64,000 nt of DNA, taken from assembly GCA_035221665.1 (NCBI GenBank), contig CM069154.1:6076001-6140000 (forward strand), in the 5' to 3' direction. This DNA is from Okamejei kenojei. Lineage: Eukaryota. The notes under the pieces are model-generated. The model saw nothing but the letters and a program-made list of their open reading frames with translations, did no database searches and was not told where the DNA came from. The position numbers were made by a program, and so were the translations under genes. Positions 13,701-24,889 of this stretch are shown piece after piece. How positions within the stretch are numbered: the first letter of the stretch is position 1; the number at the start of each line of letters is the position of its first letter.

Positions 13701-16700
13701 TCCAGTTTCTGAATAGTGGCGGGCTTCAGCTGGAACAAGTTGCTGTTGTGCGATGGGTACCGGAGGCCTCGTCAATCTCGACATCAGTCGCTGTGTCGGC
13801 GATCCCAGGGTTCCGTCCCTGGCAACGTTTCTGAGATTCAGGAGATTGAGATAAGCGTCTGACTTTGAAATCTGTGGTCGCTCCAGCAAGTGTTTGGCGC
13901 TTCTGACAGCGCGTTCAGTGAGTCCATTACTCTGTGGATCCTCGGGACTGCTTGTGACATGCTGGAAGTTCCATGGGCGAAAGGGGTGAACATGTGGCTG
14001 GTGAACTGCCGACCGTTGTCGGTTCTCAGGCTGACGGGAGCGCCAAAGGTAGAGAAGTGTCTTTTCAGCTTCTGGATGACCATCTCAGATGTGAGGGAGG
14101 TCAGTTGGTCTAGTTCAAACCAATTAGAAAAGGAGTCGACTAGAACGAGATAATGCTTCCCGCATCATTCGGAAATGTCCACCGCCAGCGACGTCCAGGG
14201 CAGAGCTGGTGGAGGTTGTTGCAGAAGAGGCTGCCGCAGCTGATGAGGCACAAGACTGTTGCAAGCGGGGCAGGAGGCTACATGTCCCGCATGTAACTGG
14301 CCATTTCTGACCAGTAGAATAGACTACGGGCACGTGCCAGTGTGGCATCAGCTCCTGGGTGACCGCTGTGTGCCTCTTTGAAGTATACGTCTCATAGCGA
14401 TGAGGGTATCACTACATTGTGACCCTTGATGACAACACCATCCTGAACTACCAGTTCATCACGAACCAGGAAGAACTGCTGCACCTCTGTGGGCGTGTTG
14501 AATTGTTTGTCTGGCCAGCCTGTTTTGATGATGGAGGAGAGGATTTGAAGCAGATCGTCAGTGGCGGTGTGCGCGGCCAAGGTGCGCAGTTGCTTGCTGG
14601 AGATGAAATCGACACCGAGGACCGTGAAATTTTCCTGTTCATAGCGATGTTGTTCGCAAGATGCCCGAGGTTCACGGGAGAGAGTGTCAGCAACATGCAT
14701 GTCCTTACCCTTAGTGTAGGTAATGGAGAAAACGTACCGCTGCAGCTGCATCATCATAAGCTGCAAACTAGCTGGCGCAGCGTGGATGGGCTTGTTCAGG
14801 ATTGTCACCAGTGGATGGTGATCCGTCTCGACCATGAAAGTGTTGCCAAAGATGAAATCGTGGAATTTGGAGCAAGCAAAGACGACGGCCAACAGTTCCT
14901 TTTCGATTTTGCGCGTAGTGCTGCTCCGTGTCGATCATGGTGCGAGAGGCATACTAGACAGGTAGTAGAGTGCCCTCGGCAGAAGGTTGCAAGCAGGCTG
15001 CACCAAGCCCGAATTTCGAAGCATCGCAGGTGATCATCACTGGACGTTTCAGTTAAAAAAAAATTAGGGTCGGTGCACTGGTCAGTTTGGACTTTAAAAA
15101 TCAAAAACAATCTGATGTTGCTGGAGCCATGACCATGCTGTGTCCTTTTTTTGTCAGCTCCCGCAATGCGGAGCTTAGTTCGCTGAGGTTCGGTATGGTC
15201 ATGATAGTTTACCATGCCCACAAAACGCTGCAGGCCTTTCACGTCTGTGGGGGCAGGCATTTCTGTGATGGCAGTAGCCTTCTTCGGATGGGGTTTGAGA
15301 CTGGTCTCCGAGTGGAGGCGTGGGTTCGGATCCCACTTCTGACACCATGTAAATGACTTCTGTACTCAGTGCGTGATTCAAATACATCTTTAATCAGCAC
15401 TGAAACTTAACAGCATGGAGGATGATTAGTTGTCAGTACATCCTGGCTGCTCCAACTGTCTGTACTGGGAAACCAGTGTTAGTATAAGTATTACAGTGGG
15501 ATGGTGTTAGAGATGCTGGCTGGTGTGTGATTGGTTCACATGCAACATCAATCTACACCCTTCACCTTTCAGTGAGAATTGAAGTGCAGTAACTAGATCT
15601 ATGACCAATTATAGGGGTGCGTTTGCGTTTTGATGTTACTCCTACTTACGCGGGAGTGTGGCGACTTTTTGGGTGATGGTCCACCCAAAGGGTCCCGCCT
15701 CTATAACGTGGCCTATCCATGCTCTCCAGAGACGCGGCCTGACCTCCGAGTCACTCCCACACTATTATCTTTGATATCAATGCAATTTATAGGCCTAGAG
15801 GTGAAACATTTGGACAATCACTCCCGCCGAATCACTCCCACACTATTTTTTTAATCCGCTACAATCCCTCTATTTAAAAGTTTGTTCTACTTGTAAATCA
15901 CCACCTGTTGTTGCTCTACCGACATTATCTCTAATAATCTTGTAGGTCTGATGATTTTACGACAATGTTGAATTCTGCACTCTGTATCCTGTCCCTTTGC
16001 ACTGAGTTTGGGGTGGGAGATTGCAACCTTCACGTGGTCCGCCCTGTTTCGACAAATGCAATCAGTCCGGCGTGCAAAATTAAATAAGATCAAATAGAAC
16101 ACGTTGTCCGACAACTTTAGGCTGTGCACGCCATACGCACGAAGAAGAAGAAGCTTTGAGTTTTACTGAGTTTGGCTTGCTTGGAAAGTATCATCTCATT
16201 TGACCGAAACGTGACTTACCACCGCACGTCGAGCCAAGCAAAAACAATAAACTTCTGCCAAAGCAAATCGACCTTCCTTTACATTCACAATTAAGAGTTG
16301 AAGGTACAGTGGCAATGATTTCTTAGATTAGTTTAGAGATACAGCGCGTAAACAGGAACTTCGGCCGACGGAGTACCCGCCCAACCAGCGATCCCCGCAC
16401 ATTAACACTGTCCTACACACCCTCGGGACAATTAGGATCGAACCCGCGTCTTTGGTGCTTGTAAGGCAACTCTACCGCATATCCTCCCTGCCCTGCCCTA
16501 GAAAAGTGTTGATATGAGAATACATGCGTGTAAGATGAAACCTACCAAGAATAGGGAAGGAAGCAGGACACTGCGTTGCGAAACCGCAATATGCCAAATG
16601 TAAATATCACACGTATGCACTTGGCGTCCTCTCAGCTCAATTTAACAAATTCATCTCTGCATTTCCATTTCATGTCGTAAATAGTTCAGTTTGGTTCAGT

Positions 16701-19700
16701 TTAGATATGCAGATATGAAGGTTGGGCTGATCTACAGATTGTGAGGAGATGCTGCACCATCCCAGACCAAGCGGGACGCCCCACTGCGGGTGGAAATTCA
16801 CCACAGTGGAAGAGACGGGTAAAAAAAACCTGGCTGATTGCAGACCACAGACTTTAACTGGCTGTATGTTTCGACACTTCTTCAATTGTCAACAACAAGT
16901 TTAGATTTGACCGTGGACATCATTTGATATAACTGTATGGCAATATGATTTTTTTGAAGATGTAAGCAGGAAAATGGACAAGAGAGAGCCAGTGCATGTA
17001 GTGTACCTGGACTTTCAGAAAGCATTTGATAAGCTCCCACATAGGAGATTAGTGGGCAAAATTAGGGCACATGGTATTGGGGGTCGAGTGCTGCCATGGA
17101 TAGAGAAGTGGTTGGCAGACAGGAAACAAAGAGTAGGGATTAAAGTGTCCTTTTCAGAATGGCAGGCAGTGACTAGTGGGGTACCGCAAGGCTCGGTGCT
17201 GGGACCGCAGCTATTTACAATATACATCAATGATTTGGATAAAGGCATTCAAAGTAACATTAGCAACTTTGCAGATGGCACAAAGCTGGGTGGCAGTGTG
17301 AACGGCGAAGAGGATGCTGTGAGAAGTCATGGTGACATGGATAGGTTCGGGGAGTGGGCAGATGCATGGCAGATGAAGTTTAATGCAGATAAATGTGAGG
17401 TTATCCACTTTGGTAGCAAAAACAGGAAGGTTGATTACTATCTAAATGGCGTCAAGTTGGGAAAAGGGGAAGTACAACGGGATCTGGGGGGGGGGTCCTT
17501 GTACATCAGTCTATGAAAGTAAGCATGCAGGCACAGCAGGCAGTGAAGAAAGGGAATGGAATGTTGGCCTTTATAACAAGAGGAATAGAATATTAGAGCA
17601 AAGAGGTCCTTCTGCAGTTGTACAGAGCGCTAGTGAGACCACGCCTGGAGTAATGTGTGCAGCTTTGTTCCCCTAATTTGAGGAAGGACATTCTTGCTAT
17701 TGAGGGAGTGCAGCGTAGGTTTACAAGGTTAATTCCTGGGATGGCGGGACAGTCATATGCTGAGAGAATGGAGCAGCTGGGCTTCTACACTCTGGAGTTT
17801 AGAAGGATGAGAGGGCACCTCAATGAAACATATAAGATTGTTAAGGGTTTGGACACGCTAGAGGCAGGAAACATGTTTCCGATGTTGGGGGAGTCCAGAA
17901 CCAGGGGCCAAAGTTTAAGGAGAAAACCATTTAGAACGGAGACAAGGAAACACTTTTTCTCACATAGAGTAGTGAGTCTCTGGAATTCACTGCCTCAGAG
18001 GGCGGTGGAGGTGGGTTCTCTGGATGCTTTCAAGAGAGAGCTAGATAGGGCTCTTAAAACTAGTTGAGTCAGGGGATATGGGGAGATGGCAGGAATGGGG
18101 TACTAATTGGGATGATCAGCATTGAATGGCGGTGCTGGCTCAAAGGGCCGAATGGCCTAATCTTGCACCTATTGTCTATTGTCTATTGTCTATTGATTAT
18201 GATTATGTTTAAGAAGGAACTGCAGATGCTGGAAAAAAATCGAAAGTAGACAAAAAAATCCAGGAGATTATGATTATGATCATTTGCATTTCTAGTGCTG
18301 GGGCAATTTTCCAACACAATTTACATGAAGATAGTTGAGTTGAATTTAAGTGCAGTTTACCGAGGTACAGTGAAAATTTGTTGTTCTGTGCTAACCAGTC
18401 AGTGGAAAGACAATGCATGATTACAATCGATCCATCCACAGTGTACAGGTACATGACAAAGGGAATGACGTGAATAAGGTTTATATACAGACAGTGGAGT
18501 CCAATCAAAGATAGGGAGAGGGTCTCCAATGCAATAGATAGTAGTTCAGAACTGCGCACGAGTCGTGGTAGGATGGCTCAGTAACAGCTCGGAAGAAGTT
18601 GTCCCCGAATCTGTAGGTGTGCGTTTTTACACTTCGTTACATTTTGCCCAACCAGAGAAGGACCCTGAAATTCCACCCATCTTTTTTTCTCCAGAAATGC
18701 TGCATGACCCGCTAGGTTACTCCAGCAGTTCATGTCTATCTTCGGAATATACCACCACTTGCAGTTCCTTTCTATGATCTTTCTATGCAAATTAGGAAAA
18801 GGAGAGATGCAACGAGACCTGGGTGTCATGGTACACCAATCATTGAAAGTAAGCATGCAGGTGCAGCAGGCAGTGAAGAAAGCAAATGGTCTGTTAGCAT
18901 TTGGAAGCGAAAGGATTTGAGTATAGGAGCAGGGAGGTTCTACTGCAGTTGTACAGGGTTTTGGTGAGACCACACCTGGAGTATTGCGTACAGTTTTGGT
19001 CTCCAAATCTGAGAAACGACATTCTTGCAATAGAGGGAGTACAGAGAAGGTTCACCAGACTGATTCCTGGGATGTCAGGACTTTCATATGAGGAAAGACT
19101 GGATAGACCTAGCTTGTACTCGCTAGAATTTAGAAGACTGAGGGGGGATCTTATAGAAACTTACAAAATTCTTAAGGGTTGGATAGGCTAGATGCAGGAA
19201 GATTGTTCCCGATGTTGGGGAGGTCCCGAACATGGGGTCACAGTCTAAGGATGAGGGGGAATTCCTTTAGGACCGAGATGAGGAAAACATTTTTCACACA
19301 GAGAGTGGTGAGTCATATTGAATGGCGGTGCAGGCTCGAAGGGCTGAATTACTCCTGCACCTAATTTCTATGTTTCTATGTTTCTATGTTTCTATGTGAA
19401 TTTCTCTGCCACAGAAGGTAGCTGAGGCCAGTTCATTGGATATTTTTTAAGAGGGAGTTAGATGTGGCCCTTGTGGCTAAAGGGATCAGGGGGTATTTAG
19501 AGAAGGCAGGTACAGGATACTAAGTTGGATGATCAGCCATGATCATATTGAATGACGGTGCAGGCTTGAAGGGCCAAATGGCCTACTCCTGCACCTATTT
19601 TCTATATTTCTATGTTTATATACTATTAAACTTTTCAGGCTCAATTGATTTAGGAGATTAGTGGGCAAAATTATGGCACATGGTATTGGGATAGAGTGCT

Positions 19701-22700
19701 GACATGGATAGAGAAGTAGTTGGCAGACAGGAAACAAAGAGTAGGGATTAACGGGTCCCTTTCGGAATGGCAGGCAGTGACTAGTGGGGTACCGCAATGC
19801 TCAGTGCTGAGACCGCTGCTATTTACAATATACATCAATGATTTGGATGAAGGGGTTCAAAGTAACATTACCAAATTTGCAGATGACACAAAGCTGGGTG
19901 GCAGTGTGAACCGTGAGGAGGATGCTTTGAGAATGCAGGGTGACTTGGACAGGTTGCTGGAGCTGACAGATGCATGGCAGATGAAGTGAAACACAGATAA
20001 ATGTGAGGTTATCCATTTTGGTAGCAAAAATAGGAAGGCAGTTTCCTATCTTAATGGCGTCAAGTTTGGAAAAGGTGAAGTACAACGGGATCTGGGGGTC
20101 CTTGTACATCAGTCTATGAAAGTAAGCATGCAGGTACAGCAGGCAGTGAAGAAAGCGAATAGCATGTTGGCCTTCATAACAAGAGGAATAGAATATAAGA
20201 GCAAAGAGGTCCTTCTGCATTGCACAGAGCCCTAATGAGACCACGCCTCGAGTATTGTGTGCAGCTTTATTCCCCTAATTTGAGGAAGGACATTCTTGCT
20301 ATTGAGGGAGTGCAGGGTAGGTTTACAAGGTTAATTCCGGGGATGGCGGGACTGTCATATGCTGACAGAATGGAGCAGCTGGGCTTATACACACTGGAGT
20401 TTAGGAGGATGAGTGGTTATCTCATTGAGACATAGAAGATTGTTAAGGGCTTGGACACGCTGGAGGCAGGAAACATGTTCCTGATGTTGGGGAGTCCAGA
20501 ACCAGGGACCACAGTTTAAGAATAAGGAGTAAGCCATTTAGAAAGGAGACGAGGAAACAGTTTTTCTCACAGATAGTGTGAGAATTCTCTGCCTCAGAGG
20601 GCGATGAAGGCAGGTTCTCTGGATGCTTTCAAGAGGGAGCTAGATAGGGCTCTTGAAAATAGCTGAGTCAGGGGATATGGGGAGAAGGCATGAACGGGGT
20701 ACTGATTGGGGATTATCAGCCATGATCACATTGAATGGTGGTGCTGGCTCGAAGGGCCAAATGGCCTACTTCTGCACCTATTGTCTATGGTCTATTGACT
20801 TGCGAGCGCTTTTATCGCCGATACGAGCAGAGATTTTAACAGTATTTACTAATTTATAACTTTTCAAGAAAATTAACATCGTTTTTTTTTGTTAACAAAT
20901 ACTTGCTATAATTTAAGCACTTAAAGTTCAGACTGATTCAGATGGCTCCCTGTGGTTTTCCTCCCAGGCTTACCGCTGTCGACTTCCTCGTCTGAGCAGC
21001 ACCAGTAAATTTAGATTTGAGTAACAACTGGGTGACTGATACAGACACACACTGTGACAGAACGGAAACAGGTCCTTCGGCCCACCGAGTCTGTGGTAAT
21101 AGGGAGAACGTACAAACTCCACACAGACAGTACCCAAATTCAGCATCGAACCTGCGTCTCTGATGCTGCACCGCTACCGCTCTATCACTGTGCCACTGTG
21201 CTTCCTCAGTTAATCAAAATATATATATTTAAAATCAGATTTATACATGGCCACTATTCCTGATACCTTCTTTAAAATTGAACACAAAGTACTGGTGTAA
21301 TTCAGCGGGTCAGGCCGAGAGGATATGGGTAGAGCAATGTTTCGGGTCGGACCCGCTGAGTTACTCCATCCAGTACTTTGTGTGAACGCAAGATTCTATC
21401 ATCTACAGGCCCTTGTTTCTCCACTAGTTTTTTGTTGTTGTAAATTCTGGGTTTATTTCATAGCCAGAAGTTCAACTCTTCGTCTGTTGTGATCGGATTT
21501 GAACGCATAATCAATTGTGGGATCACTCGCGCAGAAATCAATTACAAGCCGTTATTTCTCATTGATTTAATTTCTTAATTTTTGATTAATTCTGGTGTCC
21601 TACATTTATGTTGAATCAGATTTGGAGAAGTATCCAGACGTGAAATGTCTGAGACGCTGAGTTCCTCAATTAACTTGTTTGCTGATGAACATTAAATAAA
21701 CTGCACCGCACCAAGTCACAACTCAGTTAATTTCCATGACCTTGACTAATCGTAACCTTTCATAGAAACATAGAAATTAGGTGCAGGAGTAGGCCATTCA
21801 GCCCTTCGAGCCTGCACCGCCATTCAATATGATCATGGCTGATCATCCAACTCAGTATCCCGTACCTGCCTTCTCTCCATACCCTCTGATCCCCTTAGCC
21901 ACAAGGGCCACATCCAACTCACTCTTAAATATAGCCAATGAACTGGCCTCAACTACCCTCTGTGGCAGAGAGTTCCAGAGACTCACCACTCTCTGTGTGA
22001 AAAAAGTCTTTCTCATCTCGGTCTTAAAGGATTTCCCCCTTATCCTTAAGCTGTGACCCTTTGTCCTGGACTTCCCCAACATCGGGAACAATCTTCCTGC
22101 ATCTAGCCTGTCCAACCCCTTAAGAATTTTGTAAGTTTCTATAAGATCCCCTCTCAATCTCCTAAATTCCAGAGAGTATAAACCGAGTCTATCCAATCTT
22201 TCTTCATAAGACAGTCCTGACATCCCAGGAATCAGTCTGGTGAACCTTCTCTGCACTCCCTCTATGGCAATAATGTCCTTCCTCAGATTTGGAGACCAAA
22301 ACTGTACGCAATACTCCAGGTGTGGTCTCACCAAGACCCTGTACAACTGAAGTAGAACCTCCCTGCTCCTGTACTCAAATCCTTTTGCTATGAAAGCTAA
22401 CATACCATTCGCTTTTTTTCACTGCCTGCTGCACCTGCATGCCTACTTTCAATGACTGGTGTACCATGACACCCAGGTCTCGCTGCATCTCCCCTTTTCC
22501 TAATCGGCCACCATTTAAATAATAGTCTGCTTTCCTGTTTTTGCCAACAAAGTGGATAACCTCACATTTATCCACATTATACTGCATCTGCCAAACATTT
22601 GCCCACTCACCCAGCCTATCCAAGTCACCTTGCAGTCTCCTAGCATCCTCCTCACAGCGAACACTGCCCCCCAGCTTAGTGTCACCGCAAACTTGGAGAT

Positions 22701-24151
22701 ATTGCCTTCAATTCCCTCATCCAGATCATTAATATATATTGTAAATAGCTGGGGTGCCAGCACTGAGCCCTGCGGTACCCCACTAGTCACTTTCGCCTGG
22801 AATAAAATGGTGCACAATACAATAATAAATCCCTGTTGTCACCAAACCAGTAGCTTCAAATCCAAAACTGCATTCTTTTTAATCTGTCAAGTTTATGTCT
22901 TCCTTTCTTGAATTAACAATAATTATTTTCTACTTTATCAATTCCTATCCAACAACTTCCCCCTTTCATCTTTTTCTGTGTTCCTCTCGGTGTTCCTCTC
23001 AGCGCGCCTGCAACATTCTGTAAGAAACACGCAGCTAGGTTGAGTCATTGGAAATCAGCACCTGGAATAATGATGGAACAGTGTATCTTTAGACCCACAG
23101 AAGGGCACAACTTATACAGGTACGGTTATTTTCCTCTTCTAATTATTATGTGGAATGATGATCTATCAATACCACAAAAATAAATTACAAGCACTATTCC
23201 TGATCCCCAATTGGGCCCTTTACCACTCTTGGACTGTGCGTTGCATTTGTCTTGTCTGATTGTTCGATATCTTTGATATAAATGCAATTTATAGGCCTAG
23301 AGGCGAAACATTTGGACAAATCACTCCCGCCGAATCACTCCCACGCTATTTTTTTAAATCCGCTACAATCCCTCTATTTAAAAGTTCGTTCTACTTGTAA
23401 ATCACCACCTGTTGTTGCTCTACCGACATTATCTCTAATAATCTTGTAGGTCTGATGATTTTACGACAATGTTGAATTCTGCACTCTGTACCTGTCCCTT
23501 TGCACTGAGTTTGGGGTGGGAGATTGCAACCTTCACGTGGTCCGCCCTGTTTCGACAAATGCAATCAGTTCGGCGTGCAAAATTAAATAAGATTAAATAG
23601 AACACGTTCTCCGACAACTTTAGGCTGTGCACGCTATACGCAAGAAGAAGAAGAAGCTGAGTTTTACTGAGTTTGGCTTGCTTGGAAAGTATCATCTCAT
23701 TTGACCGAAACGTGACTTATCACCGCACGTCGAGCCAAGCAAAAATAATAAACGTCTGCCAAAGCAAATCGACCTTCCTTTACATTCACAATTAAGAGTT
23801 GAAGGTACAGTGGCAATGATTTCTTAGATTAGTTTAGAGATACAGCGCGTAAACAGGAGCTTCAGCCGACGCGGTACCCGCCCGACCAGCGATCCCCGCA
23901 CATTAACACTGTCCTACACACACTCGGGACAATTAGGGTCGAACCCGCGTCTTTGGTGCTTGTAACTCTACCGCTGATCCACCCTGCCCTGCCCTAGAAC
24001 AGTGTCGATGTGAGAATACATGTCAATACTGTTCCGTTACATTTGCTGGGTGTTTTGCTGCTGTGAAAACTGACACTGGTTATCAGAAGGTTCAGCTCTA
24101 TCTCTGTCACTCACCGGGTAGGGAACAAACGATAAGAATTGGAATCCACAT
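4720..24151 (-). CDS. CD300/pIgR-like (CMRF35-like) Ig-superfamily type I membrane receptor, multi-exon; last exon(s) uncertain
   Basis: Seven GT-AG-bounded exons with compatible phases (37+321+309+118+92+78+47 = 1002 nt, no stops) give signal peptide, V-Ig, C2-Ig, stalk, TM and tail. Confidence 0.85.
4940..5085 (+). mobile_element. Penelope-like terminal repeat remnant
   Basis: Degenerate 'ctgaa..agggtc..cccgaaa.gtcacccattccttctctccag.gatgctgcctg' motif that recurs across the window. Confidence 0.55.
5207..6458 (-). mobile_element. CR1 LINE, 5'-truncated, (ATATGGTT)n tail family
   Basis: RT motifs [30 protein letters not shown]; tandem tail at 5207-5230. Confidence 0.93.
6607..6684 (-). 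CDS. Exon 6: cytoplasmic
   Basis: ttattctag| ... G|gtgagt. Open in the required frame ([26 protein letters not shown]); the upstream intron is 83 nt. Confidence 0.65.
6768..6859 (-). CDS. Exon 5: transmembrane segment
   Basis: Pyrimidine-rich acceptor. Reads [31 protein letters not shown] (uncharged TM plus basic stop-transfer); donor G|gtgaga; phase 2-1. Confidence 0.85.
7978..8095 (-). CDS. Exon 4: Ser/Thr-rich stalk
   Basis: ttttttgtcttaacag| acceptor and AG|gtacag donor. Reads [39 protein letters not shown]; phase 1-2 matches both neighbours. Confidence 0.8.
8480..8775 (+). mobile_element. Degenerate CR1 3' fragment
   Basis: Resembles the CR1 C-terminus/3'UTR (gtagttgaggca...tttaaaa.acatttggata...gggctgaagggc). 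Confidence 0.6.
9021..9320 (+). mobile_element. tRNA-derived SINE (chondrichthyan HE1/HER1-like)
   Basis: A-box TGGCGCAGCGG, B-box GGTTCGATCC and CR1-like tail ggcctgtttct.tgctgtatctctaaa. Relatives at ~16325-16480(-), 21040-21200(-), 23830-23980(-), 29140-29300(-), 31200-31500(+), 38585-38740(-), 41130-41390(+) and 57245-57520(+). Confidence 0.8.
9617..9925 (-). CDS. Exon 3: C2-type Ig domain (FcR/FCRL-like)
   Basis: EPVSVP...[19 protein letters not shown]...QYYCKASN...SEMVNV. Acceptor cccacag|, donor G|gtaagt; phase 1-1. Confidence 0.9.
10090..10740 (+). mobile_element. Penelope-like element remnant (GIY-YIG C-terminus plus terminal repeat)
   Basis: EKQHLVFPL...NGMNI resembles the 'EQHLIFRL..LQP.GMN' end of the PLE endonuclease, followed by a C/T-rich UTR. 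Relatives at ~12000-12390, 33860-34360 and 47950-48560. Confidence 0.6.
11517..11837 (-). CDS. Exon 2: V-type Ig domain, CD300/pIgR family
   Basis: VTVDCHY...[11 protein letters not shown] (family-specific extra Cys pair) and DTGWYSCG. Acceptor ctctcag|, with an alternative in-frame AG 6 nt downstream; donor G|gtacgt; phase 1-1. Confidence 0.92.
12761..15557 (-). mobile_element. Internally deleted Gypsy/Ty3 LTR retrotransposon
   Basis: Two 210-bp LTRs (12761-12970 and 15348-15557; TG...CA; ~9 mismatches by eye). PBS TGGTGTCAGAAGTGGGAT (tRNA-Leu) and PPT AGGGTGAAGGG. Frameshifted RT connection/RNase H ([24 protein letters not shown]) and integrase (LRTDNGRQF) remnants; no gag or protease. Confidence 0.9.
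13100..13358 (+). mobile_element. Probable Tx1/L1-clade 3' end inserted in the Gypsy element
   Basis: AATAAA plus poly-A at 13322-13358, opposite in orientation to the host; weak likeness to a Tx1 ORF2 C-terminus. Confidence 0.4.
16010..16153 (+). mobile_element. Short non-autonomous retroposon with (GAA)n tail, Vingi/ingi-like (duplicate of 23513-23656)
   Basis: GGGG start and CATACGC(GAA)n end; the TSD is degraded in this copy. Confidence 0.5.
16945..20795 (+). mobile_element. Cluster of three 5'-truncated CR1 LINEs (~16945-18195, ~18786-19615, ~19650-20795)
   Basis: CR1 RT motifs ([31 protein letters not shown]); tails (TATTGTC)n and (TTTCTATG)n. Confidence 0.9.
21761..22790 (-). mobile_element. 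Young CR1 LINE, (TTTCTATG)n tail family
   Basis: Nearly intact RT C-terminal half, with short CTTTC direct repeats at the ends. Absent at the paralogous site ~29855. Confidence 0.92.
23513..23656 (+). mobile_element. Short non-autonomous retroposon with (GAA)n tail, Vingi/ingi-like
   Basis: Exact 8-bp direct repeat CTGAGTTT at 23505-23512 and 23657-23664; GGGG start; TATACGCAAGAAGAAG end. Confidence 0.6.
24115..24151 (-). CDS. Exon 1: signal peptide [12 protein letters not shown](V)
   Basis: acaATG start, hydrophobic core, phase-1 donor G|gtgagt. Joins the V exon to read [19 protein letters not shown]. Confidence 0.8.
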
Positions 24152-24889
24152 TGTTTTCTTCACGGAGACCAGTCCAACGTGTGTCCGTCGCTACATGCGT
24201 GTAAGATGAAACCAACCAAGAATAGGGAAGAAAGCAGGAAACTGGGTTGTGAAACCGCAGTACGCCAAATGTAAATATCACACGTATGCACTTGACGTCC
24301 TCTCAGCTCAATTTTACAAATTAATCTCTTTGCATTTCCATTTCATGTCATAAATAGTTCAGTTTGGTTTAGTTTAGATATGCAGCGCGGAAACAGGGCC
24401 TCAAGCCCACCCAGTCCACGCCGACCAGCGACCCCCCGCACATTACACACGCGTTGTGTGCCGGGCTTGCTTCAGGTGCGATCATTCGTGCACCTGGCAC
24501 CAAGGTTAGGGCAAATCCTGCCTCGCCTGGAAAGATCCGGCATATTCGCGGCTACCCACTACGACAAGTGTGGGCAGTAGTGTTTCGAGGTTTCCACGCT
24601 GAAACAGTCGGCTGCTAGTGACATGTAAACCAATAGAAGTCTTCTCCCATTGTAAGAAGTCTCGACCATGACAACAAGCTCCGCCTGCTCTCCAGGTTGT
24701 GCCCATACATGGTGAAAGACTCTCCACCAAACATGCTGCTTGCGTGTTTCACATGCAAACCAGCGTCTGTCCGCTGGTTTGGGGGACACCTCCATTCATA
24801 CCATGCACAGTCTGGGGCAAGTAGGATTTCCCAAGGTCGGGCTGATCTACAGATTGTGAGGAGATGCTGCACCATCCCAGACCAGATTG

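Larger units (their letters stand above)
15770..23265 (+). repeat. Segmental tandem duplication, copy 1
   Basis: Colinear high similarity with ~23265-30390, including unique sequence, SINEs and the CR1 cluster. Confidence 0.92.

Noticed and set aside
14419-15033. 204-aa + strand ORF, and similar ORFs at 2031-2636, 47032-47634 and 54715-55137
   Set aside because: These are antisense shadows of transposon coding sequence with no independent motifs.
15301-15347. tRNA-Leu gene
   Set aside because: Only the 3' half is present, CCA is encoded and it abuts an LTR, so it is a reverse-transcribed primer copy.
16220-16290. Signal-peptide-like frame ([11 protein letters not shown]) before a GTAAGT donor
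   Set aside because: No in-frame ATG, the donor is mutated in the paralogous copy, and a better exon 1 exists at 24115-24151.
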